Source: Squalus acanthias
Taxonomy: Eukaryota
Assembly: GCA_030390025.1 (NCBI GenBank)
Contig: JASTWF010000339.1
Span: forward strand, 1 to 64,000
Direction: 5' to 3'
DNA: 64,000 nucleotides
Position numbers and translations under genes: made by a program. Shown here piece after piece: positions 1-12,118 of the stretch (the first letter of the stretch is position 1; each line of letters starts with the position of its first letter). The notes under the pieces are model-generated. The model saw only the letters and a list, made by a program, of their open reading frames with translations. It was not told where the DNA came from and ran no database searches.

Positions 1-335
1 CGTTACTGAAGCCCCGCCCACCCTTTGTTCCTGACCAAGATGACTGCGCATGCGCTTTGTTACTCACTGAATCAAGATGGCGGCCGTTATCCTGGGCCTG
101 TGACTGGGAGAAGCCCCGAAGCTGCAAAAGCGGAACCTTCAGGTTATTATTCGGGGCTTGCGGCCTGTACCAGATGTTTATGAAGCCTCCCCGCCCACTT
201 TTGGACCATTACTCCGCTCCGTCGGGCCGCATCTCCACGTTTAAGCGGAGCTGGTCCAAAGCGTCCATCTCTCTAATTCGACGCAACGCGCATGCTCCAA
301 ACCCAGGCAGTCCCGCGCCTGCACACTGTGCTCCT
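1..335. promoter_or_regulatory. CpG-rich promoter-like block (GC box, NRF1, YY1 motifs)
   Basis: GCCCCGCCC at 11-19, TGCGCATGCGC (NRF1) at 45-55, CAAGATGGCGGC (YY1) at 73-84; CpG-rich relative to flanks; inverted paralog of 7700-8055. Confidence 0.6.
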
Positions 336-724
336 GTTGTCTGGGTAATATTTTTATTCAAATACAATAATACCTGTACAACTCATCAATTACATAGTAA
401 ATCCATTACATAGTAAATCCATTACATTCATCCATCACAGTAAAAAATAGAGCCTTAAAAACAGCCTTATAGTTAATATAAATGCAATGATTAATTTTAC
501 AAATAATCAATAATCTTTACAGTACAAATACCCTTAAACCATACCACACAACTTTTTAGATTTAAAATAATAAATCTCAAAGTTAACTCCACATAAAACA
601 AAAACCATTTCAACACCACAGTGTACAAACTCATAGCACCATCATAATCCAATTAAATTCTACAGATAACTCTTATTCCAATAAACCAAGAAAAAAAACC
701 ATTTTACGCCAGTCCTACTGGCAT

Positions 725-1200
725 TGTTCGTTCGATCATTCGATCATTCATTCAATTGTTCGTTCGATCATTCATTCAAGCGTTTGTTCGTTCGATCGAG
801 TGTAAGTTCCAATATGTATTTATGAGTGCGTGCGTGCGTATCATTTGTCTAACTGCGCGCCTGGGTGCGTTCGCTCGTATCGTTCGTTCCATCACTGCAC
901 AAGTGATCATTCATTCGCTCGAGTCTAAGTTCCAATATGCATGCTTGCGTTCGCTCGAATCGTTCATTCGACCACTACCCCATGAGGTCGTTCGTTTGAT
1001 CGAGTGTAAGTTCCAATATGTATGTCTGAATGCGTGCGTGCATATCATTTGTCTAAGTGCGCGCCTGCGTGCGTTCGCTCGAATCGTTCGTTCTATCACT
1101 GCACAAGTGATCATTCATTCGATCGAGTGTAAGTTTCAATATGCATGAATGCATTCGTTTGAATCGTTCATCCGTTCGTTCACTCGAGCGTCCGTTCGTT
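725..1200. repeat. (TTCG/TTCA)-rich tandem duplication, ~200-bp unit x~2
   Basis: Block ...CGAGTGTAAGTTCCAATATG...ATCACTGCACAAGTGATCATTCATTC at ~785-940 recurs at ~988-1145. Confidence 0.8.
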
Positions 1201-1574
1201 CAATAAATTATCAATATTAATTTACTTTATCTTTTCAACCACACCAACACTAGACAATAACCTCAAAGTAAATTCCTACATAACCACCAATACATCACAA
1301 TGTGCAAATTCCCACAGTAGTTATCAGAAAATCAATTAAGCTTCAAGTAAACTGCTTTCAAACAGAAAACCTGAAACCTTCCCAACAAAACAATTAAATA
1401 CCAGTTCTGCACCAGTCCTATTGGCAATCCATTAACTCATATCATTTGATGTTGTCGAACCATGTAAAGTCATAGTCCTTGTCCACAGTCTTCAGCCCTT
1501 CCATGGAAAAAGAAGCCATCCACTTCCTGAAATCCCGTAAAAAGACCGAACACTCAAATCTTCTTCTGCTTGCT

Positions 1575-1912
1575 GTGTAAGTGGTCCCTGGATTTCGTGT
1601 CACACTGTAAGTGGGCCCTGAATTTGGTGTCTCAGTGTAAGTGGTCCCTGGAATTGGTGTCACAGTGCAAATACTCCCTGGATTTGGTGTTACAATGTAA
1701 GTGGTCCCTGCATTTGGTGTCACAGTGTAAGTTGTCCCTGGATTTGGTGTCTCACTGTAAGTGGTCCTAAGATTTGGTGTCTCAGTGTAATTGTTCCCTG
1801 GATTTGGTGACTGTGTAATTGGTCCCTGGATTTCATGTCTCATTGTAAGTGGTGCTTGGATTTGGAGCCACAGTGTTACTATTCCTGAATTTGGTGTCTC
1901 AATGTAAGTGAC
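1575..1912. repeat. 30-bp minisatellite (~11 copies)
   Basis: Unit TGTAAGTGGTCCCTGGATTTGGTGTCACAG; explains the 10-aa repeats in ORF 1442..2002. Confidence 0.92.
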
Positions 1913-2689
1913 CCCCACACAGAGGGGGTTCCTACATGTGGCAGCCCATCTGGCGAGGCCCAATGGTTCAGGATATAAAGAGACAGCGTGCTGTTCCTCC
2001 AACCACTGCCTGGGGGAATGGGGCAGATATTTAAAGGGACAGGGACTCCCCTTTCTCTGTCTTTATATTTAAAGGTACAGACCCCGTTTATCTTGGAGTG
2101 TCAGCGGACTTCACTAACAGAGCTCCCATTAACAGTCACTCACTTCTGTACTGTGCAGTTATTGTAAACATGTCTGTTTCAGTGACTTGAGCCTTTCTAA
2201 AATGTCTCAATATTTTTGAAGATCCATTTGACTTGCTTGTTTAATTTGGAAAGACTTCAGAATTTTGCAGTGTGACGAAGGTTTCCTTTAAAGGTGGAGT
2301 AACATTTCTTTCAGAATGTTCTGTTCTAACCCTTCCCACCTCCACATTGGCCCCACCACACCACCACCCCCACTTTAAAACACTCGGCACTACTGACTGG
2401 GAAGGTCCAAAGTGCAGTCCTTGATCTGGGCTGTTAGTTGATCTCAGCCACAGCAACAGTTCAGGGGCCAGAATTGGCCTCAGCACCACTGGGCTAAATA
2501 AGAGTAAAAATCAGCCCCTGCCCCTGCTCTTGATGGAGATCCAGTCACATCAACTGGGAAGTGTATGGATGTCAATTGAGGGCAGGATTGGACTCGGCTG
2601 TGATGCCTACCACAGGGGAAATGCTGCTGACACTCACTGAGTCGGCTGACGGTGAGGCACGAGAGGTTAACTGATGTCTGTGGAATTGC

Positions 2690-4204
2690 ACCCAGCCGGA
2701 TTCAGCGCCTTCTGGAGAGAAGGGGAGAAACAAAATCCCAGCCAGTGCAATGAATGTTGATTTTAGACAGTATGGATGGAGGCAGAGTTTGTAGAATGGG
2801 GAATTTACAGCTTAGGAGGGGCAGGAGAGGACAGAACGTTCTATAGGAACTAGAATTGTCTGTTCTGACTTTCTATCCTGCACTTAAAGTAACAACATTT
2901 GTAAAGACCATTTCAGAGTGTCAGTAGGGGAGGATCTGCTGATGGAAACTCAAACAAAATATCACCTCAAGATCTGACAGATTGACCAGTTTCATCAGGA
3001 CCTGAATATCATCGGCCTTTGGATATAGAAGGAAAGACACGAATCACAGCGGGAGAAACAGGACACGTGTTCTGTGTATGTTTTTAAATTTGTTTATGGG
3101 ATGTGGACATCGCTGGCAAGGCCAGCATTTATTGCCCATCCCTAATTGCCGTTGAGAAGGTGGTGGTGAAACACCTTCTTGAACCGCTGCAGTCTGTGTG
3201 CTGAAGGTACTCCCACAGTACTGTTAGGGAGGGAGTTCCAGGATTTTGACCCAGCGACGATGAAGGATCGCCGATATTCTTCTCAGTCGGGATGGTGTGT
3301 GACTTGGAGGGGAACTTGGAGGTGGTGGTGTTCCCATGTTCCTGCTGCCCTTGTCCTTCTAGGTGGAAGAGGTCGTGGGTTTGGGAGGTGCTGCCGAAGA
3401 AGCCTTGGCGAGTTGCTGCAGTGCATCTTGTAGATGGTACACACTGCAGCCACAGTGCGCCGGTGGTGGAAGGAGTGAAGGTGGTGGATGGGGTGCCAAT
3501 CAAGCAGACTGCATTGTCCTGGATGGTGTCGAGCTTCTTGAGTGTTGTTGGAGCTGCACTCATCCAGGCAAGTGGAGAATATTCCATCACACTCCTTACT
3601 TGTGCCTTGTAGATGGTGGAAAGGCTTTGGGGAGTCAGGAGGTGAGACACTCACCGCAGAATACCTAGCCTCTGACCTGCTCTTGTTGCCACTGTATTTA
3701 TGTGGCTGGTCCAGTTAAGTTTCTGGTCAATGGTGACCCCCAGGATGTTGATGGTGGGGGATTCGGTGATGGCAATGCCGTTGAATGTTGGGTGGTGGTT
3801 AGACTCTCGCTTGTTGGAGATAGTCATTGCCTGGCACTTGAGTGGCACGAACCCACCTTCAACCAATCATCAAGCCTGTGAGACTCGTGCGCCCACCTGA
3901 ATCAACAGTGTAAATGTGAGGACTGTGGGAATGAATGGAGTTGACCATCTGAGGTGGAAACTCATGGATACATTCACACCAGGGAGAGGCCACATTGAGA
4001 ACAATTGCTTTAAATACTCTGACTGTGAGAAAAGCATTCAAAGTTCAAAGCAGCTGATGCACGATCAGCGCATTGATACTGGAGAGAGGCTGTTTCAATA
4101 TCCTGTGTGTGGGAAGAAATTCACCCCACCTGCTGAGACTCCAGTGAGTTCACATGTGACTGCAGGGGTTTGGATTCTGTTATTAATCACATCCAGGACT
4201 GAAC
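2690..4204 (+). pseudogene. Decayed C2H2 zinc-finger gene paralog, interrupted by a LINE fragment
   Basis: 2800-3075 aligns by eye to 8888-9125/9280-9315 (e.g. TCAAGATCTGACAGA...CATCAGGACCTGAATAT.ATCGGCCTTTG); 3990-4204 holds degenerate fingers (FKYSDCEKS...TGERLFQYPVCGKKF) and the same post-stop sequence (TAATCACATCC.GGACTGAA) as 10200-10270. Confidence 0.8.
3085..3848 (-). mobile_element. 3' fragment of a non-LTR retrotransposon (CR1/L2/Jockey-group RT C-terminus, 'family B')
   Basis: INILGVTIDQKLNWTSHI...IYKAQVRSVMEYSPLAW...LDTIQ is a typical LINE RT C-terminal region; same family at 45742-46145 and 62790-64000. Confidence 0.85.
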
Positions 4205-7200
4205 CATAGATACATAGATACATAGAAGATAGGAGCAGGAGTAGGCCATCCGGCCCTTCGAGCCTGCTCCGCCATTTAATGAGATCATGGCTGATCCTTC
4301 AATTCAGTATCCCGTCCCCGCCTTCTCTCCGTAACCCTTAACCCCTTTTGCCTGTAGAAATATATCTAATTCCCTCTTAAATATATTTAATGAGCTGGCG
4401 TACACTGCCCTCTGTGGCAATGAGTTCCACAGGTTCACCACTCTCTGAGTGAAGAAATTCCCCCTCATTTCTGTCCTAAATGGTTTAGCCCTTATCCTTA
4501 AATTATGTCCTCTAGTTCTGTTCTCACCCGCCAAGGGAAACATTCCTTCTGCATCTAATCTGTCTAGACCTGTCAGAATTTTATACACTTCTATGAGGTC
4601 CCCTCTCAATCTTCTAAACTCCAGTGTGTACATCCCTAAACTACATAGTCTCTCCTCATAGGTCAATCCCGCCATTCCTGGTATCAGCCTGGTGAATCGC
4701 CGCTGCACCCCCTCCATGGCAAGAACATCTTTCCTCAGATGAGGCGACCAAAACTGTACACAGTACTCGAGGTGTGGTCTCACCAGTGCCCTGTACAGCT
4801 GCAGCAAGGTATCCCTGTTCCTGTATTCCAACCCTTTTGCTATGAAGGCCAGCATACCGTTTGCCTTCTTGACCGCCTGTTGCACCTGCATGTTCGCCTT
4901 CAGTGACTGGTGTACAAGAACACCCAGGTCTCTCTGTACTTCCCCCTCTCCCAATTTATTGCCATTTAAATAATAATTTGCCCTCCCGTTCCTGCACCCA
5001 AGGTGGATAACTTCGCACTTGTCCACATTATAGTGCATCTGCCATTTATCCGCCCAATCACCCAGTCTGTCCAAATCGCTCTGGAGCTTCCTGGTCTCCT
5101 CCTCTGAGCCCACCCCCCTCCTAGTTTAGTGTCGTCTGCAAATTTGGAAATGCTGCATTCGACTCCCTGATCCAGGTCATTAATATAAATTGTGAACAGC
5201 TGGGGACCCAGGACAGATCCCTGTGGTACCCCACTTGTTACTGCCTGCCATTCAGAAAATGAGCCGTTTATTCCAACTCTCTGTTTTCTATCTGACAGCC
5301 AGTTCTCTATCCACGTCAATACTTTCCCCTTTATCCCATGAGCTTCAATTTTCCATGCTAATCTTTTATGTGGGACCTTATCGAAGGCCTTTTGGAAGTC
5401 CAGGTACACCACATCTACTGGCTCTCCCCCATCTATTTTACCAGTTACTCCCTCAAAAAATTCCAATAGATTAGTCAAGCACGATTTACCCTTTGTAAAT
5501 CCATGTTGACTCTGTCCTATCCTGTCCCCATTTGCTAAGTGCTCGGCTATTTCATCCTTAATGATGGACTCCAGCATTTTGCCCACAACTGATGTAAGGC
5601 TTACAGGTCTGTAATTACCTGCTTTTTCCCTACCCCCCTTTTTGAATAGTGGGGTAACGTTAGCTACCCTCCAATCCATGGGCACTGTTCCCGAGTCTAA
5701 TGAATTCTGAAAAATCATGCTTAGTGCATCCGCTATCTCTAGGGCCACCTCCTTCAGTACCCTAGGATGCATGTTATCAGGCCCTGGGGATTTGTCCGCC
5801 TTCAATCCCTTTAGCTTCCTTAACACCATATCCTTAGAGATATTGATTTGCGTCAGTTCCTCCTTTGCCAATGTCCCTATTTTTCCCGATATCCCAGGGA
5901 GGTTTTTTGTGTCTTCCTTCGTAAAGACTGACCCAAAGTATGCATTTAGTTGGTCTGCCATTTCCTTATTTCCCATTATATATTCCCCCGTATCTGACTG
6001 CAATGGACCAACTTTGGTTTTCACCAGTCTTTTCCTCTTGATATACTTATAAAAGCTTTTGGAGTTAGTTTTTATATTTTCCGCCAGCTTGCTTTCGTAA
6101 GCTATTTTGCCCTTCTTGATTAAGCCCTTTGCCCTCCTTTGCTCTATCTTAAACTGTTCCCAATCTTCCGCTCTGGCGCGTTTTTTGGCTATTTTATACG
6201 CCCTATCTTTGGATTTTATGCTGTCTCTAATTTCCCCTGTTATCCACGGTTGAGTCACCTTTTTAGATTTCCTTTTATGCCAGATTGGTATAAACAATTT
6301 TTGCAATTTTGTCATTCTATCTTTAAATGCTTGCCATTGTTTATCTACCTCCAGTCCTCCCAGGAACGTTGTCCAATCAGACCTACTCAGTTCCCGTCTA
6401 ATGGCATCATAATTCCCCTTGTTTAAATTCAGGACCTGAGTCTCTGAGTCAATTTCTTCGCTCTCCATTTCGAGTGAGAAATCGATCATGTTATGATCGC
6501 TCTGACCCAAGGGTCCCCGTACAACAAGATTACTAATTAGTCCCTTCTCATTGCACAGTACCCAGTCCAATATAGCCTGTTCCCGAGTTGGTTCCTCGAC
6601 ATATTGATCCAGATAACCATCCCTTAAACACTCAAGGAATTCCTCCTCCTCATTATTTTTACTGATTAGGCTAGTCCAATCTATATGTAAGTTAAAGTCA
6701 CCTATGATGACAGCTGTGCTCTTATTGCACGCTTCTCTAATTTCCCTCGTGATGCCCTCCCCAACCTCTATTTTACTATTTGGAGGCCTATATACCACTC
6801 CTATTAATGTTTTTCGCCCCTCGCTATTTCTTAGCTCCACCCATATAGATTCTGTATTAACTGAGTTAATATCCTTCCTTTCAATTGCATTTATCCCCTC
6901 TTTTACCAGCAATGCTACCCCTCCTCCCTTTCTTTTTTGTCGATCCTTCCTAAATACTGAATACCCCTGTATGTTAAGCTCCCAGCCCTGCTCACCCTGC
7001 AACCATGTTTCCGTAATCCCAATTAGATCATAATTATTAACCTCTATTTCCACAGCTAATTCATCTACCTTGTTCCTGATGCTTCTCGCATTAAGGTATA
7101 AAACCCTCAGGCTTTTTTTATGCTCACATTTTTTATGAATTAGTTTGGCCCTTTGTTTTTTGTTCCTCTCCTTTTTACCATTTATTTCTGTCTGCCTTTC

Positions 7201-7560
7201 ACTTTCCTCTATTTCACTACATGGGTTTCTAGCCCCCTGCCATACTAGTTTAAATGCTCCCGAACTGCTTTATCAAAATTTACCCCGAGAACCTCAGTTC
7301 CATCTTTGCACAGGTGTAGACCGTCCCTTTTGTATAGGTCACACCTACCACAAAACTGGTCCCAATGCCTCAAAAATTTAAAACCCTCCCTCTTACACCA
7401 CTGCTCAAGCCACGTATTTAGCCTAACTATCCTGTTCTCTGTACTCTTACTAGCACGTGGCACTGGTAGTAATCCAGAGATTACTACCTTCGAGGTCCTA
7501 CTTTTTAGCTTGGCTCCTAACTCCCTAAATTCTACTTGTAGGACCTCTTCCCTTTTTTTA
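4205..7560 (-). mobile_element. CR1 (HER1-like) LINE, 5'-truncated within ORF1; ORF2 APE endonuclease + RT with one frameshift
   Basis: ORF 4966..7053 ([33 protein letters not shown]) continues in ORF 4304..5113; ORF1 esterase remnant at 7245-7560; (TATCTATG)n tail at ~4205-4225. Confidence 0.95.
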
Positions 7561-7699
7561 GCCGTGCACTTGGGTTTCTGTATGAATTATTGATGAATTT
7601 TCTCGCAATGGGATCACTGAAACTCATTCTCCATTCACAAATTGGGTCTTTCAATGTTCCCCAGCATGCCCCGCGGGGGAGAATGTGCCCCATTCACAC

Positions 7700-8055
7700 T
7701 GGAGGAGCCCAGTGCGCAGGCGCAGTGCCCGCCTGTATTTGGAGCATGCGCAGTGTCAGTGTGATCAGAGCCGGGCGAGTGCGGTGCGCTGAAAGGTCGG
7801 AGTCGCGATTTTAGCGCCGATTACGAATCAGCGGACGCAGGGAGGTAACGTACCCGGTGGCTGGGCTTCATAAACACCTGGTGTAGGCCGCAAGCCCCGA
7901 ATGAGAACCTGCGGGTTCCGCGTTTGCAGCTTGGAGGCATTTTCCCAGGAACAGGCCCGGGTTAACGGCGGCCATTTTTGTAAAGGAGCGATGTGGGTTT
8001 TTGCGTCGCCATCTTGCTTCATCGTGCGCTAGAGCGCATGCGTGGCCATCTTTGT
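7700..8055. promoter_or_regulatory. CpG-rich promoter-like block upstream of the ZNF locus
   Basis: YY1-type CGCCATCTTG at 8007-8016 and GGCGGCCATTTT near 7968; NRF1-type GCGCATGCG at 8034-8042 and GCATGCGCA near 7744. Confidence 0.6.
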
Positions 8056-8116
8056 AAAGTAGCCACTAGTGGACGTGGCTTCAGGGTCCCAGTGAGTGAA
8101 AAGAACCCAGCCAGAA

Positions 8117-8412
8117 AACATAGAAACATAGAATCTAGGAGCAGGAGTAGGCCATTCGGCCCGTCGAGCCTGCTCCACCATTCAATACGATCATGGCTGA
8201 TCATCCAAATCCAGTACCCTGTCCCTGCTTTAATCCCCACAGTACACATATCCCACCCTACCCCCACGTATTTAATTCCCCCTAACATATCCCATCCTAT
8301 CCCCATAACCCCCCCCCTAACAACTAAGGGTCAATTTATCATAGCCAAATCAACCTAACCCACACATTTTTGGACTGTGGGAGGAAACCGGAGCACCCGG
8401 AGGAAACCCACC
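8117..8412 (-). mobile_element. HE1-type V-SINE, 5'-truncated
   Basis: Near-identical to the 3' part of the full copy at 35451-35875; CR1-derived tail ending in (TTCTATGT)n; V-domain GTGGGTTTCCTCCGGGTGCTCCGGTTTCCTCCCACA on the minus strand. Confidence 0.9.
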
Positions 8413-8794
8413 CACAGAGTCAGCACCTTCAGAGGAGGAGAGGGAGGGGAACCAGTGAGTGAACTGAACCCAGCCAGAGTCAGCACCTTCAGGGGAGGAG
8501 AGGGCGGGAAACCAGTGAGTGTAGAACTAAACCCAGCCAGAGTCAGCAACTTCAGGGGAGGAGAGTGAGGGGAACCAGTGAGTGTGGAACTGACCCCAGC
8601 CAGAGTCAGCACCTTCAGGGGAGGAGAGGGAGGGGAACCAGTGAGTGTCGAACTGAACCCAGCCAGAGTCAGCAACTTCAGGGGAGGAGAGGGAGGGGAA
8701 CCAGTGAGTGTAGAACTGAACCCAGCCAGAGTCAGCACCTTTAGGGGAGGAGAGGGACGGGAACCAGTGAGTGTAGAACTGAACCCAGCCAGAG
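8413..8794. repeat. 63-bp minisatellite (~6 copies)
   Basis: Unit CAGCCAGAGTCAGCACCTTCAGGGGAGGAGAGGGAGGGGAACCAGTGAGTGTAGAACTGAACC; a partial unit also lies left of the SINE (~8080-8116). Confidence 0.92.
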
Positions 8795-9334
8795 TTGGTG
8801 GAGAAAACTGGAAGTGGAGAAAAAACTGTCTTGGGATGTGCGATGTGTTTGGATTTTAACACAGGGAGGAGGTACAATGTGTAGGACGGGGATTTGCAGC
8901 TTTGGAGGAAGAAGAGAGGAAAGAATGTTCTTTAGAAACTAGAATAGTCTGTTCTGAATTTCTGTCCTGTATTTACAGTGATGAGTTTTGTAAACTCCTT
9001 TTACAGGGTATCGGAAGGGGAGGATTTGCAGACGGGAAATTCAAATGAAACATCAGGTCAAGATCTGACAGAGTCGCTCAATTCATCAGGACCTGAATAT
9101 TATCGGCCTTTGAATGTGGAAGGAGAAATGTTTGTCTGTTCTGTCTGTGAGAAAAGATTTCAAACATCAGTGTGACTGGAAAAGCACCGAGACACACACA
9201 CCCGAGTGAAAGTGTTCCAGTGCACTGACTGTGGAAAGAGCTTTAACCAGTTACACAGCCTGAAAAAACATCGCACCGTTCACAGCGGGAAGAAACCGTA
9301 CACGTGTTCTGTGTGTGGACAAGGCTTCAACTGA

Positions 9335-10213
9335 TCGTCCAACCTGGAGAGACACAAGGACACCCGCACCACAGAGAAACCGGGGAAATGTGGGGACTGT
9401 GGGAAGGGATTCAGTTACCCGTCCCAGCTGGAAATTCATCGGCGCAGTCACACCGGGGAGAGGCCGTTCACCTGCTCCGAGTGTGGGAAGGGATTCACTC
9501 AGTCATCCAGCCTGCTGACACACCAGCGAGTTCACACTGATAAGAGACTGTACAAATGTTCTGACTGTGAGAAGAGCTTTAAAAGCAAACAGCACCTGCT
9601 GAGACACCAACGCACTCACACTGGGGAGAGTTCGTTCACCTGCTCCTTGTGTGGGAAGAGATTCTCTGATTCATCCAGTCTACTGAGACACCAACGCACT
9701 CACACTGGAGAGAGGCCGTTCACCTGCTCCCTGTGTGGGAAGGGATTCGCTCAGTCATCCAACCTGCTGCAGCACCAGCGAGTTCACACTGGAGAGAGAC
9801 CGTTCACCTGCTCCGAGTGTGGGAAGGAATTCGCTCGGTCAAATCACCTTACACAACACCAGCTTGTTCACACTGATAAGAGACCATTTAAATGTTCTGA
9901 CTGTGAAAAGAGCTTCAAAAGCACAAGGGATCTGCTGACACACCAGCGAGTTCACACCGGGGAGAGGCCATTCACCTGTTCTGAGTGTGGGAAGGGATTC
10001 ACTCTGTCATCCGACCTGCTGAGACACCAGCGAGTTCACACTGGGGAGAGGCCATTCACCTGCTCTGAGTGTGGGAAGGGATTCACTCAGTCATCCAGCC
10101 TGCTGAAACATCAGCGAGTTCACACTGGGGAGAGGCCATTCACCTGTTCTGAGTGTGGGAAGGGATTCACTCGATCATCCCACCTGCTGAGACACCAGCG
10201 AGTTCACAAGTGA
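9335..10213 (+). CDS. Tandem C2H2 (Kruppel-type) zinc-finger array, 10 fingers in one open frame; no in-frame ATG (possible pseudogene)
   Basis: Repeated CxxC-x12-HxxxH with TGERPF linkers. The frame is open from 9335 to the TGA at 10211-10213. Three more upstream fingers (9128-9370) are in the same frame but contain TGA at 9173 and 9332. Candidate acceptor TTTTACAG ends at 9006. Confidence 0.8.
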   Translation, partial: SSNLERHKDTRTTEKPGKCGDCGKGFSYPSQLEIHRRSHTGERPFTCSECGKGFTQSSSLLTHQRVHTDKRLYKCSDCEKSFKSKQHLLRHQRTHTGESSFTCSLCGKRFSDSSSLLRHQRTHTGERPFTCSLCGKGFAQSSNLLQHQRVHTGERPFTCSECGKEFARSNHLTQHQLVHTDKRPFKCSDCEKSFKSTRDLLTHQRVHTGERPFTCSECGKGFTLSSDLLRHQRVHTGERPFTCSECGKGFTQSSSLLKHQRVHTGERPFTCSECGKGFTRSSHLLRHQRVHK

Positions 10214-11494
10214 TTACACAAGGTTGGATTCTACTGTTATTGCTGCTGTTAATCACATCCCGGACTGAATCATGTTAATTCTGACAGTTGAAGTTTGTTT
10301 CTGCTGATGTTAATAACTCCTGTAAGTGGGCTGGAGTTTAATATTTTGATGTTTCAAATAACGCAGTGTGTCAATATTTGATGTCTCCAAGATAATTGAT
10401 GTTGTGTTACCAACTGCTCCATTTTTGGGCCTTTTCTCCTTTCTAACTTGAGATTATTTCAGTTCTCGTACCTTCGGTTACTCTCATGGACAAGTCCCAG
10501 CTCCCCATACCTTCCAGAGTGCCTCTCCTAGCCTTGGTATCCAGGGAAGGTCTCGGTAACACGCCCGGGATCACTAAACACAAAACCCAGTCTGTTAATC
10601 ACTTTCAGCTACTGGACTTAGCGTGTGTCCCACAGCATCTCTCTCACCTTCGATGTGTGAATAGAGCATCACGCCTGCAAACCTGCTTTCAATTTAAATT
10701 TGAATCCACTCAGCAAGTGTATTTAAAAAAAATAAGTACAAGTAAACAGATCACATCAAATAATTGGCAAAGGCTTAGAGTCAACAAGATGAACACATCA
10801 CGGCCCAATACCCCAGCTCTATATTCACAGGAGAAAGTCTGTTATCTAACTCCTCGAGTGGACAGAATAGAGAAAGATCCCAACTCTAAGAACATCTAGA
10901 ATCTGTTGTAAATATCTTTCAAATCCTGACTGGTCCAATCTGTCGGTTTCCTTTCAATTGAATGAATGGAAGATGAGAGGGGTGTTGGCATATGGACCTC
11001 GGTTAATTCAGCTTCTGAAAGGTGTTCATGTTTAGTTCATTCGATATCGGGGAAAATGTGGTTGGTATCATTAGAGAGAGAGAGAGATTTCACTGAGCAA
11101 CAGCTGGTGTTTACAACCAACTGGCCTTGGATATTTTCATCATAGAATGTTTTGATCAGAAATATGATGTTGGGATAAGAAAAGTCTGGAGACTAGTGGT
11201 TTGTGCTGCCCCAGGAAGGCCACAGTGTTTTTACCTGCTTCTAACATTGTTGATGTGTGTTGAAGAATATGCAGACTTGTGTCTCTGGACTGTGCAGTAG
11301 CCAGAGACGACCATATTAGGCAATGCCAGCTCCAGTTTGATAAGAGGTTGATGGCAGAGCAAGAGATCCAGCAGTTTTAAGAATTTATCTCCCGTTATCT
11401 GCAGACATCGAATGTCGCAGCGTGCTGACAAAATTGGACTTAAGACTTTAACCTATTGGGTAAATTATTGGGATCGATTGTTACAGAATTGAAT

Positions 11495-12118
11495 TGTTAT
11501 AGAATGGAAAAGTAGTGAAGTTATGCTAAACTTGTATCGAACCTTGGTGAGACCACACTTGGAGCACTGCATACAATTCTGGTCACCATATTATAAAAAG
11601 TATATAGAGGCACTGGAGAGGGTGCAGAGAAGATTTACAAGGATGATACCAGAAATGAGAGGGTATACCTGTCAGGAAAGGATGGACAGGCTGGATCTCT
11701 TTTCTCGAAAAAAGAAGGCTGAGTGGTGACCTAATAGAGGTCTTTAAAATTACGAAAGGTTTTGATAGAGTAGAGAGAGAGAGAATGTTTCCACTTGTGG
11801 AGAAGAGCATAACTAGAGGCCATCAATATAAGATAGTCACCAAGAAATCCAATAGGGAATTCAGGAGAAACTTCTTTACCCAGAGAGTGGTGAGAATGTG
11901 GAACTCGCTACCACAGGGAGTGGTTGAAGCGAATAGTACAGATGCATTTAAGGGGCGGTTAGACAAGCATATGAGGGAGAAGGGAATAGAGGGTTATGCT
12001 GATAGATTTAGATGAGGAAAGGCGGGAGGAGGCTCGAGTGGAGCATAAACGCCGGCATGGACTGGTTGGGCCGAATGGCCTGTTTCTGTGCCGTATATCC
12101 TGTGTAATCCTGTGTAGT
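11495..12118 (+). mobile_element. CR1 LINE 3' fragment (different subfamily)
   Basis: LYRTLVRPHLEHCIQFWSP...RRNFFTQRVVRMWNSLP with a frameshift; tail ATCCTGTGTAATCCTGTGTA. Confidence 0.9.

Noticed and set aside
9173..9334. Selenocysteine or programmed readthrough at the ZNF TGAs
   Set aside because: The TGAs are not at Cys positions, no SECIS was recognised, and CGA>TGA decay is a simpler explanation.
10395..11230. Possible LTR/ERV fragment (ORF 10486..10899)
   Set aside because: No recognisable domain, second LTR, PBS/PPT or TSD seen.
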